Positions 39,801-51,505 of a stretch of 64,000 bases of DNA are shown here, piece after piece; the first letter of the stretch is position 1, and the number at the start of each line of letters is the position of its first letter. The stretch comes from Takakia lepidozioides (Eukaryota; Plantae; Bryophyta). The stretch covers positions 8,866,001 to 8,930,000 of the forward strand of contig CM060732.1 of NCBI GenBank assembly GCA_030704615.1, given 5' to 3'. The notes beneath the pieces were generated by a model, which saw only the letters and a program-made list of their open reading frames with translations, did not search any database and had not been told where the DNA came from. The position numbers and the translations under genes were made by a program.

Positions 39801-39960
39801 GCGGCACCGCATTTCCGTTCAACAACTAATGTATTTGAAGGTGGAACGGAAATGCGGTGCCGCATTTTCGTCCAACAAGTACGGTATGTGGTACTTAACG
39901 GAAATGTGGCGCCGCCTTTGCGTTTTCAATCTAACTCATCAGACGCTGGGGCGGAAATGC
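36820..39960. repeat. Array of 53-bp units: 24-bp palindrome CGGAAATGCGG-YR-CCGCATTTCCG plus 29-bp spacer of five recurring types
   Basis: ATGCGG cores at 38151, 38204, 38257, 38310, 38363, 38416 (period 53). Roughly 55-60 units, degenerate at the edges. Confidence 0.95.
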
Positions 39961-40542
39961 CATGATATGTGAACACGTGGACCAACGGAATCGGGGCACA
40001 TGTTTGCACTCTATCTGACTGAAGTGGCAGGAGGCGGCGCGGCCTGACCGTTGGTTAATGGTGTTTGTTTTTTGGACGGCAGGCGTACCCTTGACTATTC
40101 GAATTTTGTAATGACATATAGTCCACGAGGAGACACTTTCGTCCAAGCCTTTCGAACCCAAGTGGTGCATCACCGCCGTTTCATCTTCTTTTGTCGTGTC
40201 TACTCAGGCACCCCTCTCGCGCCCTTTCCATCTACACTCTTCGCCTCTTTTCCCTGTCTCTATTCTTCTTATGCTCAAACCTGAGAGGGAGGGAGTTCGT
40301 GCACCTGAGAAGAGACATCGTCGCAAGCTCCAAAAATTGTACTTTGGACCTAGGCCAATGCCGAAGGGGTGGAAGCAGATGCGTCTACCGGAGGAGATTG
40401 CCATCTCGCAGCAGCAGGCCACGCAGGCAACCTGGCCACCAGTGAGAGCTCCGTGCTATCGGGATGCGCGTAGCTGATCGAGCACCGAACCCCTCCCTCA
40501 TTTTCGTTGTTCAATTCATAGACTGTATGGTAGGACACTTGA

Positions 40543-43004
40543 ATGCAGAAGATGTTTGCATGCCTAACTCGAAAGGTCGAGGTGGTGGAGGGATCGCAGG
40601 AATCCGAAGAGCAGTAGGAAGAATCCGTGGAACTAACTGCAGCACGCACACCCACCCGATCCACAAGCACGGGTCTCCCTGCCGGGCCTAGCCCTGTGCG
40701 TTTCAAGGACGCGGTTTGGAAAGGCAAGGCTTTGCAGTTCCAAGCCCCAGAGAAACAGTCACGTTTGAAGGTCATGGAGAATCGCCAGCAGGAGTCGGGC
40801 CCTTCTCCAGCAAAGACGAAGAAGAAGCAGCCCGTCCTTGAATTGGTTTCTGAACCGGACCAGGCCGTTTCCCCCCCACCCAGGTGAATGAAGCAGAAGG
40901 GTACATGGCAGATTCAATTGCAGCAGACATCTTCACCTGCAAGAATGAGGAAGCACAAGGCAATCAGGGGGAGGGCGGAGCAGTCTCCCGCAAAACCGAT
41001 TCCACGAGCTGAAGCCCAGTTCCTGCTTGATTTCCAGCCTGGTGATATTGGGGGCGTCTCTGCTGCAGCGAAGGCAATGGGATCGACCGATTTCGTCGAT
41101 CTGGTACCGGAGGAGGGTGCTGCCGCTCAACGTTTGCAGCAAGACCTGACCACCGTCGAGGAAGATCTTCAGAATACTGCAGGCCCGGAGGAGGCCTCTA
41201 CAATGGCAGAATTGCCCGCAAAGATTCCCCAGAGTGCAGTTCCAGTTGGGGATGCTCCAGCTGCTCAGCCCCTACCGCCACCTGCAGAAATGTCTCCAGA
41301 GGAATTCCAAAGTGCAGCGGATACAATGTTGGAGGAGACACACAGTAGCATTGGCATAGTTCTGGGCAGTAGGGTATTCAAGCGGACTCTTCGAATCCCA
41401 CTCTGTCGCATGGTCTCCCTTCCCATCGTCAGGCAGGCACTTCCCGGAGATGTGGATAAGCTCAAGTTCGCATTTCGAGAAGGTACCGTCTAGGTTTGCC
41501 AGCCTTCTACGTTTCCATTGAGAATGAGGACGGCGAAACTCGTGGACCCACTGCGGATGAATTGTCAACATGGGATACCCACTGGCACACTCGCAACGAT
41601 GAATTCGAGGCAACGCTGAAGGGTGATCCAGACTTCGGCCATATGTCGGGTAAAATGTTCTTTGTGTGGGACAGGAATCACCGACTTTCTGCCTGGTGGG
41701 AGTAAACAAGCAGAACCATGCCAAGCATATTGGCTGGCATTACATGGTGGAGTGTGTCATACTCAAGGTGAAGGCGGCAGACTCTTCCCTGCTCAAGAAT
41801 GCCATGGCGGACCTCAACTCGTAAGATCCTCATACCCTCCCAAGCACGTTCGAAATGCGGTGCCGCATTTCGGTTTCCAATCTGTTTTGGTTCCGTGCTT
41901 CCGTGGACTGAACTGGAGAGTGTGCCTTGCAGGGTCATTGAAAATGCGTACGTGCATACCCACATGGCACATATGCTGTACAGGGTGAGGAAAACTGGTC
42001 TCACTGATCCGCACATGGCGGAAATGCTGGAGCCCGAGCTCATTCAGAAAGCCGTGGCAAAAACTGACCGGACATGGTATCGTCTCACTATGGATGGAAT
42101 GGTGGAGGAGATATACGAAGTAAGTCATCCTCCCATTTCCCTCTGCTCATCCTTCCCCAATTTTCAATAATCTTTCCACATGAATCGAATGTAACGCTTA
42201 TACATGTTTTTGTTGGTAGTCAAACATCAAGCTGGATTTGGCCCATGCCAAACGCTTCTTCATGCAAAGTGAGGGGCAGGTCAAAACGTTGCAGTCATTG
42301 ACTGAGCACTTGAAGGAAAGTCGGGGTCAAGTCCAGAACGAAATACAAGTCAAAGCTTGTGAAGCTGGTGGCCATTGCAGATGCACTTGGAAAGGACTTC
42401 ATCCCCGAGATTGCAAAACACTATTCTCGGGCCATGCAGCCGACCATGCAGTTGGAGAAACTGCATCACCTCTCAACGGCATGTGTTGAGGCGAAAGAGA
42501 AGGTGAGGTTTCAATGCATTGAAGTTCCTTCCTAGCAATAGCCACTCTTCTTCCTGCTCCTGACATTGGATTGGAAATGGTAGACACGGTGGCTATCGAT
42601 CTGGAATGCATCGGAGAGTATAAGGACAATGTGGTCTTTTTCACTCGAAGTTTCCGACCCTGCAGTGGATGTGTGGCTCAACCGCATGACTTGGTGGTTC
42701 CAGGTAATTCAAGGTACTTCCTCTGATTTGCTTTTCTGAAACGAATTCCCTGAACTGCTACGTGACAATGCATGTGGGAATCGCAGGTAATGACGAATGC
42801 GAAGGAGCAAGTCGTAATGCATACAAATTCGTTCGGCTTGTACGTCAAATGGGATGGAACACAGACATTGGAAGACTACGTGACACGTTTCAGATGTGCG
42901 TACAAGGACAACCTCTTCGCCAGGGAGCTGCAGACAGTAAGAAGGAGCGTGGAGTTTACACATCAGGAGGGAGCGGGAAAAGCTGCGAAGCGAATGTACT
43001 GACA
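40543..43004 (+). pseudogene. 5' half of a spliced gene with a ParB/Sulfiredoxin-like domain
   Basis: RIPLCRMV...IVRQAL..DV.KL...F...FYVS...MFFVWD[R/G]NHRLSAW resembles the ParB/Srx DGxHR motif. Introns at ~41820-41932 and ~42120-42218. Premature stops. Confidence 0.55.
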
Positions 43005-44021
43005 GTATCATATACTGTCACACGATGTGTATGCAGTCCTTTATCTTTACCTTGCTGTGTCATTTGATTTTCAGCTCTAGCAAGAAATAACGGTACAGGG
43101 GTAGTCTGGAAAACTTACCAGACATATCCACCTCCCCTGTGGGGGCAAGCTGTGCTGCAGACCAGTCTAAACAAATACTGGCAGGGCAAGGTATTTAAAA
43201 TCTGTGATGTCCAAGTGTTCTTTTTGTTCTCTCTGATTTCTTAAAAAAACCCTCCATGACACCCATGGGGTTTGAATAAGTATGCTTGGATTACAGCTTG
43301 CGGACAGTAAATCTGTATGACCATTTGACCTGCAACACATCAAGGCCAAAATATGGCCAAGTACCCGCCATCCCACCCAAACCTCTGAATGTATATCCTG
43401 ATCATGACTGGTGGTCAATCAGCATCAGTGGCATACTCTTTGGGTTATGAATAATACTGACATGAACACATTACTGTGCATGGATGTAATTCTAGATTTT
43501 CTAAGCCTGATGATTGATGGATGGTACCACTGTTAAGTGGCTGATATGACTGATTATTCTTCTTATTCATGACAACAACCCTAGGGGTCCTGTCTTTGTC
43601 TTGACATGACAAAAAATATCTTCCCTCTCTCACTGTCCAGTATGCTTGGTGGTTTCTGCATACACTATCCATTGATTACCATGTTGATACAGGTGAAGCC
43701 CAGCTGCCCTTGTATGCGAAGCCTGGTTATGAGGTTTGTCTAAAGGACGAGTGGAGTTTGAAAGCTAGGAGGAACGGAAGGTGAATGTTTACACTCACAT
43801 GCATGAAGAATTTGCACTGGTAAAGAACTAGGGTACCAAGGATATTTTGTGGATCAAGCTTACACCAAGAATGGTCTTTCAGACTTGTCTTCCATATGGA
43901 TATATGGTAACGGAATAGCCAAGGGTGCATTAAAGCTTGAAAGAAATCCAGGCATATACGAAAGATACTACAGGAGAGAGTTTTGGTTATTGCCTCATTA
44001 AAGATATGAAAGACATGGGAC

Positions 44022-44498
44022 ATGAGTGATGAAAGGGAAGCTAGACTTCACAAATATTCAGCAAAAAGAGAAAGTTATTTGAAAGCTAATTATCCATATC
44101 TCTGGGAGAAAGGAATAGACATAGGGGAATCATCTGGACCTCTCACACCATTAAGGCCAAAGAGTACATCACCCATACTGGAAGAACCAGATTTGGATGC
44201 CACTCCTTCTTATTCTTTACAAGAAAGATTAAGGGATTTGGTACAGGAAGAAGATCAGCCACGAGGGGGAAGATTTGAGGTACATCCCTGGGTTAATTTG
44301 ACAGAATTCTTTGATCAGAGTTGGCATGGAACACCAAGAGCAGGAACTCCAGTTTCTGAAACACAAGCCAAAGAAGGAGAGGAAGATGTGGCAGAGCCAA
44401 CGGAGAGTTTAGACTCTCCAACACCACTTCAGTTGAGTTATATGAGTGAGGAAGAAGAAATCCAAGAGAAGAACTTGGAAGATGAAAACAGAGAGTGA
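44022..44498 (+). CDS. Acidic 158-aa ORF of unknown origin (possibly the N-terminus of another TE protein)
   Basis: ATG-initiated, purine-rich and coding-like; no recognised domain. Confidence 0.3.
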   Translation: MSDEREARLHKYSAKRESYLKANYPYLWEKGIDIGESSGPLTPLRPKSTSPILEEPDLDATPSYSLQERLRDLVQEEDQPRGGRFEVHPWVNLTEFFDQSWHGTPRAGTPVSETQAKEGEEDVAEPTESLDSPTPLQLSYMSEEEEIQEKNLEDENRE

Positions 44499-44640
44499 CT
44501 TTGACATGATACTGCCAACGTGACAACAAGAAAGTATCCAAAAATAGGTAACAGAGATGAGGAGAAGCTGTGGGATGAATACTTTTTTGACCCCAGTCAA
44601 CGGTGGGACAATTGAGGCAAAAAGGTGTATGCCCGTCAAT

Positions 44641-44770
44641 TACCAGATGTCATTCTGAATACTGCCCTGGTGGACATGTATGCCAAATGTGGGTGCATCG
44701 AGGATGTAAAGGAGTGTTCAACACTATGGCTGAATGAGATGTGGTGTCATGGAGTGCGATGCTTGCAGCC
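44641..44770 (+). pseudogene. PLS-class pentatricopeptide repeat gene fragment
   Basis: PDVILNTALVDMYAKCGCIED..VFNTMAE*DVVSWSAMLAA (frameshift and stop). Confidence 0.8.
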
Positions 44771-45329
44771 ACCGCGCTACCTGTCACAAGACAACTCCCA
44801 AACCTCCAGTCCTTGACTGCCAGAATGGGGTAAGGGTTCCCTACCTGCAATTTTCCATTTTGCACACATCAAGTTTGTGTAATGGTACTTAGACATTCTT
44901 AGCGATGTTAGTTTGTTTCACATATGTCAATGTTGTTGTTGCTATATTGCCTGAAAGCTTGCTCATGTATCTTCTGCCGTTTTCGGGCTGGATGGCAGTT
45001 GAAGGTGGGTGACCAAGTCCGGCCTAGCCAGTGTATGCATCTTCTGCTCAGGCATTTGGAAGTCTACTAAGACTTTGCAGCTTTGTGCATTTTTGTAGCA
45101 CGGGATTAGATTATGGAACAGATCTCTGAACATTAAGTCACGTTGTATTTGAATCGATGTTCCAATTTCAAATGTGCTTTCATAATTCAATGGTGTTTTC
45201 ATATGCTTTCAATGGTGCTTTCGTGTCTCAATGCTACGATCATGTACACGACTACGTCCCATCCACAGAGCCTCCGCCACATGCCACTTTCACCCCTTGT
45301 GTTTGCCCATACTCGTGCCACGTGCAGTA

Positions 45330-45908
45330 TCCAGAGTGTGCCATGGAAGTCATATGTTCCAATCATAACGACCACCCCACCCCCATCCTGCATAATTTGA
45401 CTCCACGTGTGGACCTGGGATTAAATGTCCGAAGTCATATATGCCAGTCACGAAAGACCCTCCCACTCCATATTGTCATGCCACGTGTCATGTCCAGTCT
45501 AATCCATATGTTGTCTTGGGGTTAATCTGTGGAAATCACCATGTCATGCCACGTGTCGTTCCTGGTATTCTTCACGTGCTGTCCTGGGGTTAATCCGCGG
45601 AAGTCGTATATGCCAGTCGTGAAGACAATGTCGCCTTCCCTTTGACGTGACACGTGGCATATCCCTTCCGTTCCACATGAAGGTGGCATGGATTTGCAGT
45701 CATTTACTACGGTCCTATCAATGACTATGATTAAGCGTCCCCATTGCCACATCAACAGTGAGCTCCACGACTGGCAGATATGACTCTATGGCGCTTATGT
45801 CTCATTTGTCACAACTGACTAGGTTTATCTGACTGGGCAGTCATGCAGTCATAAAAGGCTGATATGACTGGAAAGTAGCAGATGTAAAAGCCGGGATCTG
45901 TTGTAGTG
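45330..45908. mobile_element. CACTA (En/Spm) element terminus with subterminal repeats; other end not seen
   Basis: Ends ...gatctgTTGTAGTG at 45908 (CACTACAACAG on the minus strand). Repeated gtcatatatgccagtc / gactggcagatatgac motifs. Confidence 0.6.
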
Positions 45909-46528
45909 AGATGCAGGTTCAGCATGAGGCAAGTTGCATGAAGTGAAGTTGTTTCATACGGAATTGGAAGCAGTCAATCAGAGAGTTCTCATACAGTGTG
46001 CCACACTAACGACTAATTTGGAGATGGTTGCGATGGAGGTCAAGAAGCAAGCTGAGCGGTGTATAACGGCGGAGACGGAGGTAATGGAATAGGGGAAACT
46101 CATGAAGGATGCTCTCTGTCGCAATGAAGATACAATTCAGCAGTTGCACCAGGTCAATGCCCAGAAGGACATGCACATATTTGAGTTGCAGCAAACAATC
46201 ACAATACGGGAGAATGAACTTTCTGTGAGTGAAAGAGCTTGGAAATAAGCCAATAATCTGTCAATTGCCTATACAGCTCTGGTTGAGCCTCATGCGAAAC
46301 GCATGGAGATTTTACAACAGCAGTTGGAAACATACAGGCCCAAGGAGGAGCAGGATCTCTGTGGTGTTGCACAGGACTTGGTGGATAATCATCTTTTGCA
46401 AGAATGGTTAACACAAGGGCCAGTGGAGGGGAAAGCACCAAGGAAGCTCACTCAAGACGAGATGAATGATCTCAGGCTACGGGTGCAGAACATTGCCACA
46501 ACCACTATAGACAATGTCTATAGTCGGA
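45909..46528 (+). pseudogene. 5' part of the unknown target gene split by the Mutator-like insertion
   Basis: ORF ...RLRVQNIATTTIDNVY ends at TSD tagtcgga and joins in frame to NRIAELQED on the minus strand at 31974. Confidence 0.5.
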
Positions 46529-46989
46529 GGGGGCTGCTATTTCATGAGCCATGAGCCATGAGCGGCATGAGCCATGACCAGAGTCTTAAGTGTCGAAAAA
46601 AACATGAGCATGACTATTTTCCAGAAATGAGTGTCCGCGGGAATAGGGTTGAGGGTGTCACGGTCATAGGGGGAGATGGACCTCCCGATGAACGAGGTTC
46701 GGCAATGTTTTTTAGAGTTACCAATTGAAAGGCAATGTTTTGCGAATGGTAGGGTGGTACTGCTCTGTAGAATGAGGGCCCATTTCAGCCTACCAGCCAT
46801 TTGAAAAATCCACCCACACTCCCAATCCCAAATGAAATGAGGAATGATGCATTCTGGGAACGATGGATACAGAATAGAACAAAAAGAGGGCACAATGGGG
46901 TTTTTATTGATCCACATGAATTGCATTTGAAGCACGTCTACTGTGCTGATTGTGCAAACAAATCTTTAGCCCTGTGCCTTCTGAATACA

Positions 46990-47705
46990 AGTCACGTTGT
47001 CAATGGGACTTCGACTACTCTGAAAACTAGCTCATGAGTCATCGGGCTCCTCCAGGTAAACTGGATTGCAGCCGTTGTACTGCCCCTGTTGATGTTCACC
47101 ACAATGTCGTGCACTTCAATCATACCACCATCGAATATGGAAAGCTTCACATTTTCGTCATCCACACCAATGCGAATGTCCCCTTACAATGGGGAAGAGG
47201 AGCGCACTTCTTCAGGAGTATACGTCTCTCTTATGGAGTCCACCCACGTCCACTGGCAGCAGTTCCACCGCAACAGCATAGCAGTGCGCATTCTTCTGCA
47301 TGGGTGCCTGTCGTAGCTGGGAAAATCGGAATCAAGGATGCGCAGGAGCCACGGACTCCTTAGACCAAGATCGTCACCCCGCTCGAAGGCATGGTGGCCT
47401 GGGATATACTCAAAAGCCGACAATGTTTCCACATTCGAACCAGTATCTTCTGTGTAAACTATGTACCAGATAACGATGTCTCCCGATGTGGCCGAATACA
47501 TTGCATAATCAAAGCCTCCATAAGGGCAGTTGTCGCGGTTCCGGAAGCACGACATCCTTGCAAAAGAGGACCTGAGGACGTCTTTGATGCCGATGACAAT
47601 GACCTTGCGGACAGCAACGAAGCCCTTAGATTTTCGAAATGATGAGAAGCGGAAGAGCAGTGCGGGCTCCAATAATGGAGCATCTCGGTCCCACGTACCC
47701 ACCAA
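46990..47705 (-). pseudogene. Cargo gene A, unknown protein (RWNCCQW...GDIR...DGG.I..HDIVV family)
   Basis: ORF 47184..47705 continues past one stop to ...ELVFRVVEVPLT; paralogous to 48361..48690. Confidence 0.55.
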
Positions 47706-48360
47706 TCATCGTGTAACGTGTTCATCACGCCAGCGGTGGATGAACCGATACCTCTTTCTCATCCACGGGGTATAGTTTGAAATGTGCCACCGAAGTCCAT
47801 CCCCCGGATGGAAATTCGGCGCCGCATTTACATCGAAGGGGGGATGGACTTCAACGTCTCGGGTGGCTATAGGCCCACCTGGCACTTACTGCCCATAGTT
47901 TGCATGGCAGGGAAGGAAACTGAAACGGCTACATTCATGGAGCAGCCAATCTTCATCCGTGCAGGTTCCTGTAGGGGGGAAATTTAAATGTTCCCTGGAG
48001 TGTTTGTGAGGAATTGCAACGTTTGCTTGAACTTCTTCCAGCCACCGCGCTGCTGCCTCCTCCATCCGGGAGCTGCTGTCATTGAGCGTACTCCGCTAAT
48101 CTTTTTCAAGGATGCCGTGCCGCCGAAATCCTGCTGACTGCCCTTATCATGGCCACGATTATGCTATGTTCAAACCAGAATCAGGAGACATCATTGTCTG
48201 GCTCTCTGTTTTCACTGACGCTTCTGGAATCAAGCGGGAGTCTTTGCGCGCAATGGAGTATTTGGAGGGCTATTACCGCTTTGAGTGAGGTGAGGGCGAG
48301 GGTCAATGCGGTCCGTGGGTCCTGAAAATTGTTGACCTCGATATACCAAGCTGGAATGGA

Positions 48361-48690
48361 ATGCTGGACAAATCACGCACGGCCTCGCTTTGGCGCTGGA
48401 ACTGCTGCCAGTGGACCAGGGAGGACGGCACCGGGGAAAACTATATTCGTGGAGTTCACTCCGCTCTTCCAGTGTATGGAGACATTCGGCTGAGTTGCGA
48501 AGACGAATCGCATGGGCACATGAGGCCCACAGTGACCTTGTCAATGTATGATGGTGGTATCATTGATGGGCATGACATTGTGGTCAGCTCCACCAAGGGC
48601 ACCAGAACGACCGCATTGCAGTTTACCTCGAGGTGCCGCATCAGTAATGAGCTTGTTTTGAGGGCTATCAAAGTTCCGTTGACTTGGTGA
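48361..48690 (+). CDS. Cargo gene B, divergently oriented paralog of gene A (start uncertain)
   Basis: RTASLWRWNCCQWT...YGDIR...YDGGIIDGHDIVV...ELVLRAIKVPLT aligns with gene A. Confidence 0.55.
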   Translation: MLDKSRTASLWRWNCCQWTREDGTGENYIRGVHSALPVYGDIRLSCEDESHGHMRPTVTLSMYDGGIIDGHDIVVSSTKGTRTTALQFTSRCRISNELVLRAIKVPLTW

Positions 48691-48964
48691 CGCCCATGTA
48701 GAAGGAGGAAGGGCTTAGATTTGTTTGGAGTTGCTAAATGTGAGACACCGTGTTCGATCAATAAAACAACCCATCGTACCTCACTTCTGTGTGCTGGTGT
48801 TTCATTGTGTTCAAGAACTGCCGTAATTGGCCCACTGTTTACAATTTGTGGTCTCATTTCTACAATGTGTCTATCCATATGAATATACCAGAGTCAGCGA
48901 TATCAAAGTCCTGAGGTGAAGGAAATCCATGTATGAGTAAAAGGAAACATATACATGCTGAAGC

Positions 48965-49800
48965 TCGGAAATGCGGCACCGCATTTCATTTTTTTCCATG
49001 CAGTTCCCTTTCCTCCGTTGTGGTCGTAACGGAAATGTTGTAACGCATTTCATTTCTTGACATGGCATTACCATACTTTGAATTGGAAATGCGGCACCGC
49101 ATTTCCATGTCAAGTCATCGAAATTTCGTACTGGACAATGGAATGTGGCACCGCATTTCTGTCCAGAACAATGGAATGCGGTGCCGCATTTCTATCGAAG
49201 GGTCTGGAATTGGACAAACAACGATGTCCGTTCTGGAAATGCGGCACCGCATTTCCATGTCCGTCATCAAAAAATTTCGTATTGGACAATGGAATGCGGT
49301 GCCACATTTCCGTCGAGCTAGATGGAATACCCACACGGGTCTGGAATTGGACAAACAACGATGTGGGCCTTGGAAATGCGGCGCCGCATTTCCATGTTTG
49401 GCAATCGAAAGTTCTTATTGGACAATGGAATGTGGTGCCGCATTTCCGTCTAGCACGATGGAATGCGGTGCCGCATTTCTGTCCAAGGGTCTCGAATTGG
49501 ACAAACAACGATGTCCGTTCTGGAAATGCGTCTGCAGTTGGAAAAACGTCCATCTCCAAAATGGAAATGCGGCACCGCATTTCCATGTCTGCCATTTAAA
49601 TAATGTGTTCGACCTCCGCATGCGGGGTGGCATTTCCATTTACCTCCATGGAAGGAGCTGGCAATCGGCAAAACTGTCGTGTTGAGAACGGAAATGCGGC
49701 ACCGCATTTCCGTTCGGCCAAACAGTTTCTGATGTCCAAACCATGAAACGGAAAATTGTTCTTTCCCCGGTTTTGGAAATGCGGTGCCGCATTTCCGATT
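48965..49800. repeat. Second cluster of GGAAATGCGG-YR-CCGCATTTCC palindromes with a different spacer set
   Basis: About 14 palindromes; higher-order unit of ~144 bp containing ggaattggacaaacaacgatgt. Confidence 0.9.
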
Positions 49801-50721
49801 TTGGGAGGGACGTGGTTTGGACGATGGTGTCGTTGAGAAGCACATGGGAGAGGGGACATGAAGGACGGGGAGAATTTCCTTTATATACTCTGGAAGGGAA
49901 TTTAAATGTACAGAGAGTTCATTAAAATTCTATTAATCTTGAAAATCATCAGTATCGTCGTCCTGTCCTTGACTGTCCTGCTCCGCCTCCACCCCGTCAT
50001 TGCCTTTCTCATCTCCAGTGGACTGCTCGTTGGCCAGGCTTTCAAAAATCCCATCTTCCCTTTGCGGAACCGACCATCTCACCTCCGTTGGGTCGTCGTC
50101 CTCCCTGTCTGCATCGCTCTCATCCGCTGAATCACATATGAACTTTCGCACCCGTCTACTTGTCTCAGCTGCTGCCAACTCTTTCCTTATCCTTCTGTCC
50201 TCCTAGCCCTCTCCAAAATCTGCTCTACTTTACTGGGATTCTCACATCGTCTAATCGCTTGTATTTGCGAGTTTAGCTGCATAACTAGGAAGGGAGTAGT
50301 CCTTCACCGGGCTCGTCATGAAGTCGGCCCTCGCAAAGAACGAGACTTTCTTCCTGGAAGGAAGTGTAGGCCCTACATGTTTCGACCCGGATCCTGGAAT
50401 CCTGCACATAACAACACACCAACGAGACCAATGAGAACCACAGTCCGGAAATGCGTTTGACAAAAAATCACCCAAAAGGCTTTGCAAACTTACAATGTTT
50501 GCACTCACTCGTATTCCGGGTTTCTCTCGGCATCAATGTCCACTGTCTCTTCCTCCGACTCCGACGAATCCGAGGAGTCTTTGGCTTCGATGGGAGCCTT
50601 CACATTCCGTTGAAGCCCTTCCACATGGGATCCCCAGGCGGATGTGTCCTCCTCGTAGGCAAAGAGGTGCCGGTCGGAAAACCGCCTAGCCCACATTGAG
50701 GCACCTGTTACAATGCCATCC

Positions 50722-51450
50722 TGTCGCGGCCCCTTGCCTTGAGGGCAGGGGGGTCGGGACACATGAGGGGCTGCCCCTGTGGTGGGGGCAGCGGCAGCGA
50801 TATGTATGGGGGGCTGAAGCACCCTTGAGTGCCCAAGGCACTCAAGGAGGCGGAGGCGCTCACTAGGTGGAGCCCCGCACACCGGGTTGCAGTGGGGGTG
50901 GCTCCACAAGGGGTGGTGGTAGCTTAGCGGGACTTAGTGGGGTGGCATAGGACTCACCATGGGGGCGGAGACCTTGTGGTGGGAGTCGTGGGGAGTCTTG
51001 GGACTCATCACGGTCTAGAGGGTCCGTGGTGTGTGGGCCAAGACTCACCGCGACTCATCACTGGGAGTCGAGGGTTTTCGTGGTGGTTCGCCATAAAATG
51101 GCATGGCTGGCTGTGAAACCCCCGCGGACAGCTACAGAAGTATATATAAGGGGAGTAGTGACCCCGAGAACGGTGCAAGCCCGTTGGTGACCAAAAACTA
51201 GTGAGTAAGCGAGCGAGCCGGAAAGCGACCAAAGAGTGGGGAGCTGTTCCGGATTGCCATCTACCAAAGGGAATTCTCCTAGTCCCAAATAGGTGGAGGG
51301 TTTAGTGGGAAGCGAAAGGGGGACCGTTATGTCCCGGTGAGCAGCCGAAGCTCCAAGTTGGCCCGGGCGGCCAGGTTGGGAGTCAGGCGCGCGCATCAAA
51401 GCGAGTAACTATGACTTGAAGGGGAGCTTACCGAAGTGAGGTGCGCGACA
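50722..51450 (+). repeat. 5' LTR (729 bp; TATA-like tatatataag at ~51141)
   Basis: Lies between the TSD and PBS; only 51245-51450 is shared with the 3' LTR. Confidence 0.8.
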
Positions 51451-51452
51451 CT

Positions 51453-51464
51453 TGGTATCATAGC
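51453..51464 (+). promoter_or_regulatory. Primer binding site (initiator Met-tRNA)
   Basis: TGGTATCATAGC, one mismatch to TGGTATCAGAGC, 2 nt after the LTR end. Confidence 0.85.
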
Positions 51465-51505
51465 TTAGAGTTCAGTACGCGATCGTCCTTGGGATTGGCC
51501 TCATC

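Larger units (their letters stand above)
31975..43004. mobile_element. Mutator-like DNA transposon, transposase-side arm (copy 1)
   Basis: Terminus GAGGTTTACTATTTCATGAGC plus CATGAGC repeats, flanked by TSD tccgatta (31967-31974). Contains the transposase, the palindrome array and the 5' half of the ParB-like gene. Confidence 0.75.

Noticed and set aside
36820-39960. CRISPR array
   Set aside because: Spacers recur as only five types in higher-order order, there are no cas genes, and the context is a eukaryotic transposon.
36740-39970. Dozens of overlapping ORFs (RKCGTAFP / EMRHRISV / GNAAPHFR), also at 49.0-49.9 kb and 60.6-63.0 kb
   Set aside because: Artefacts of a stop-poor palindromic repeat read in six frames; the 53-bp unit is not a multiple of 3.
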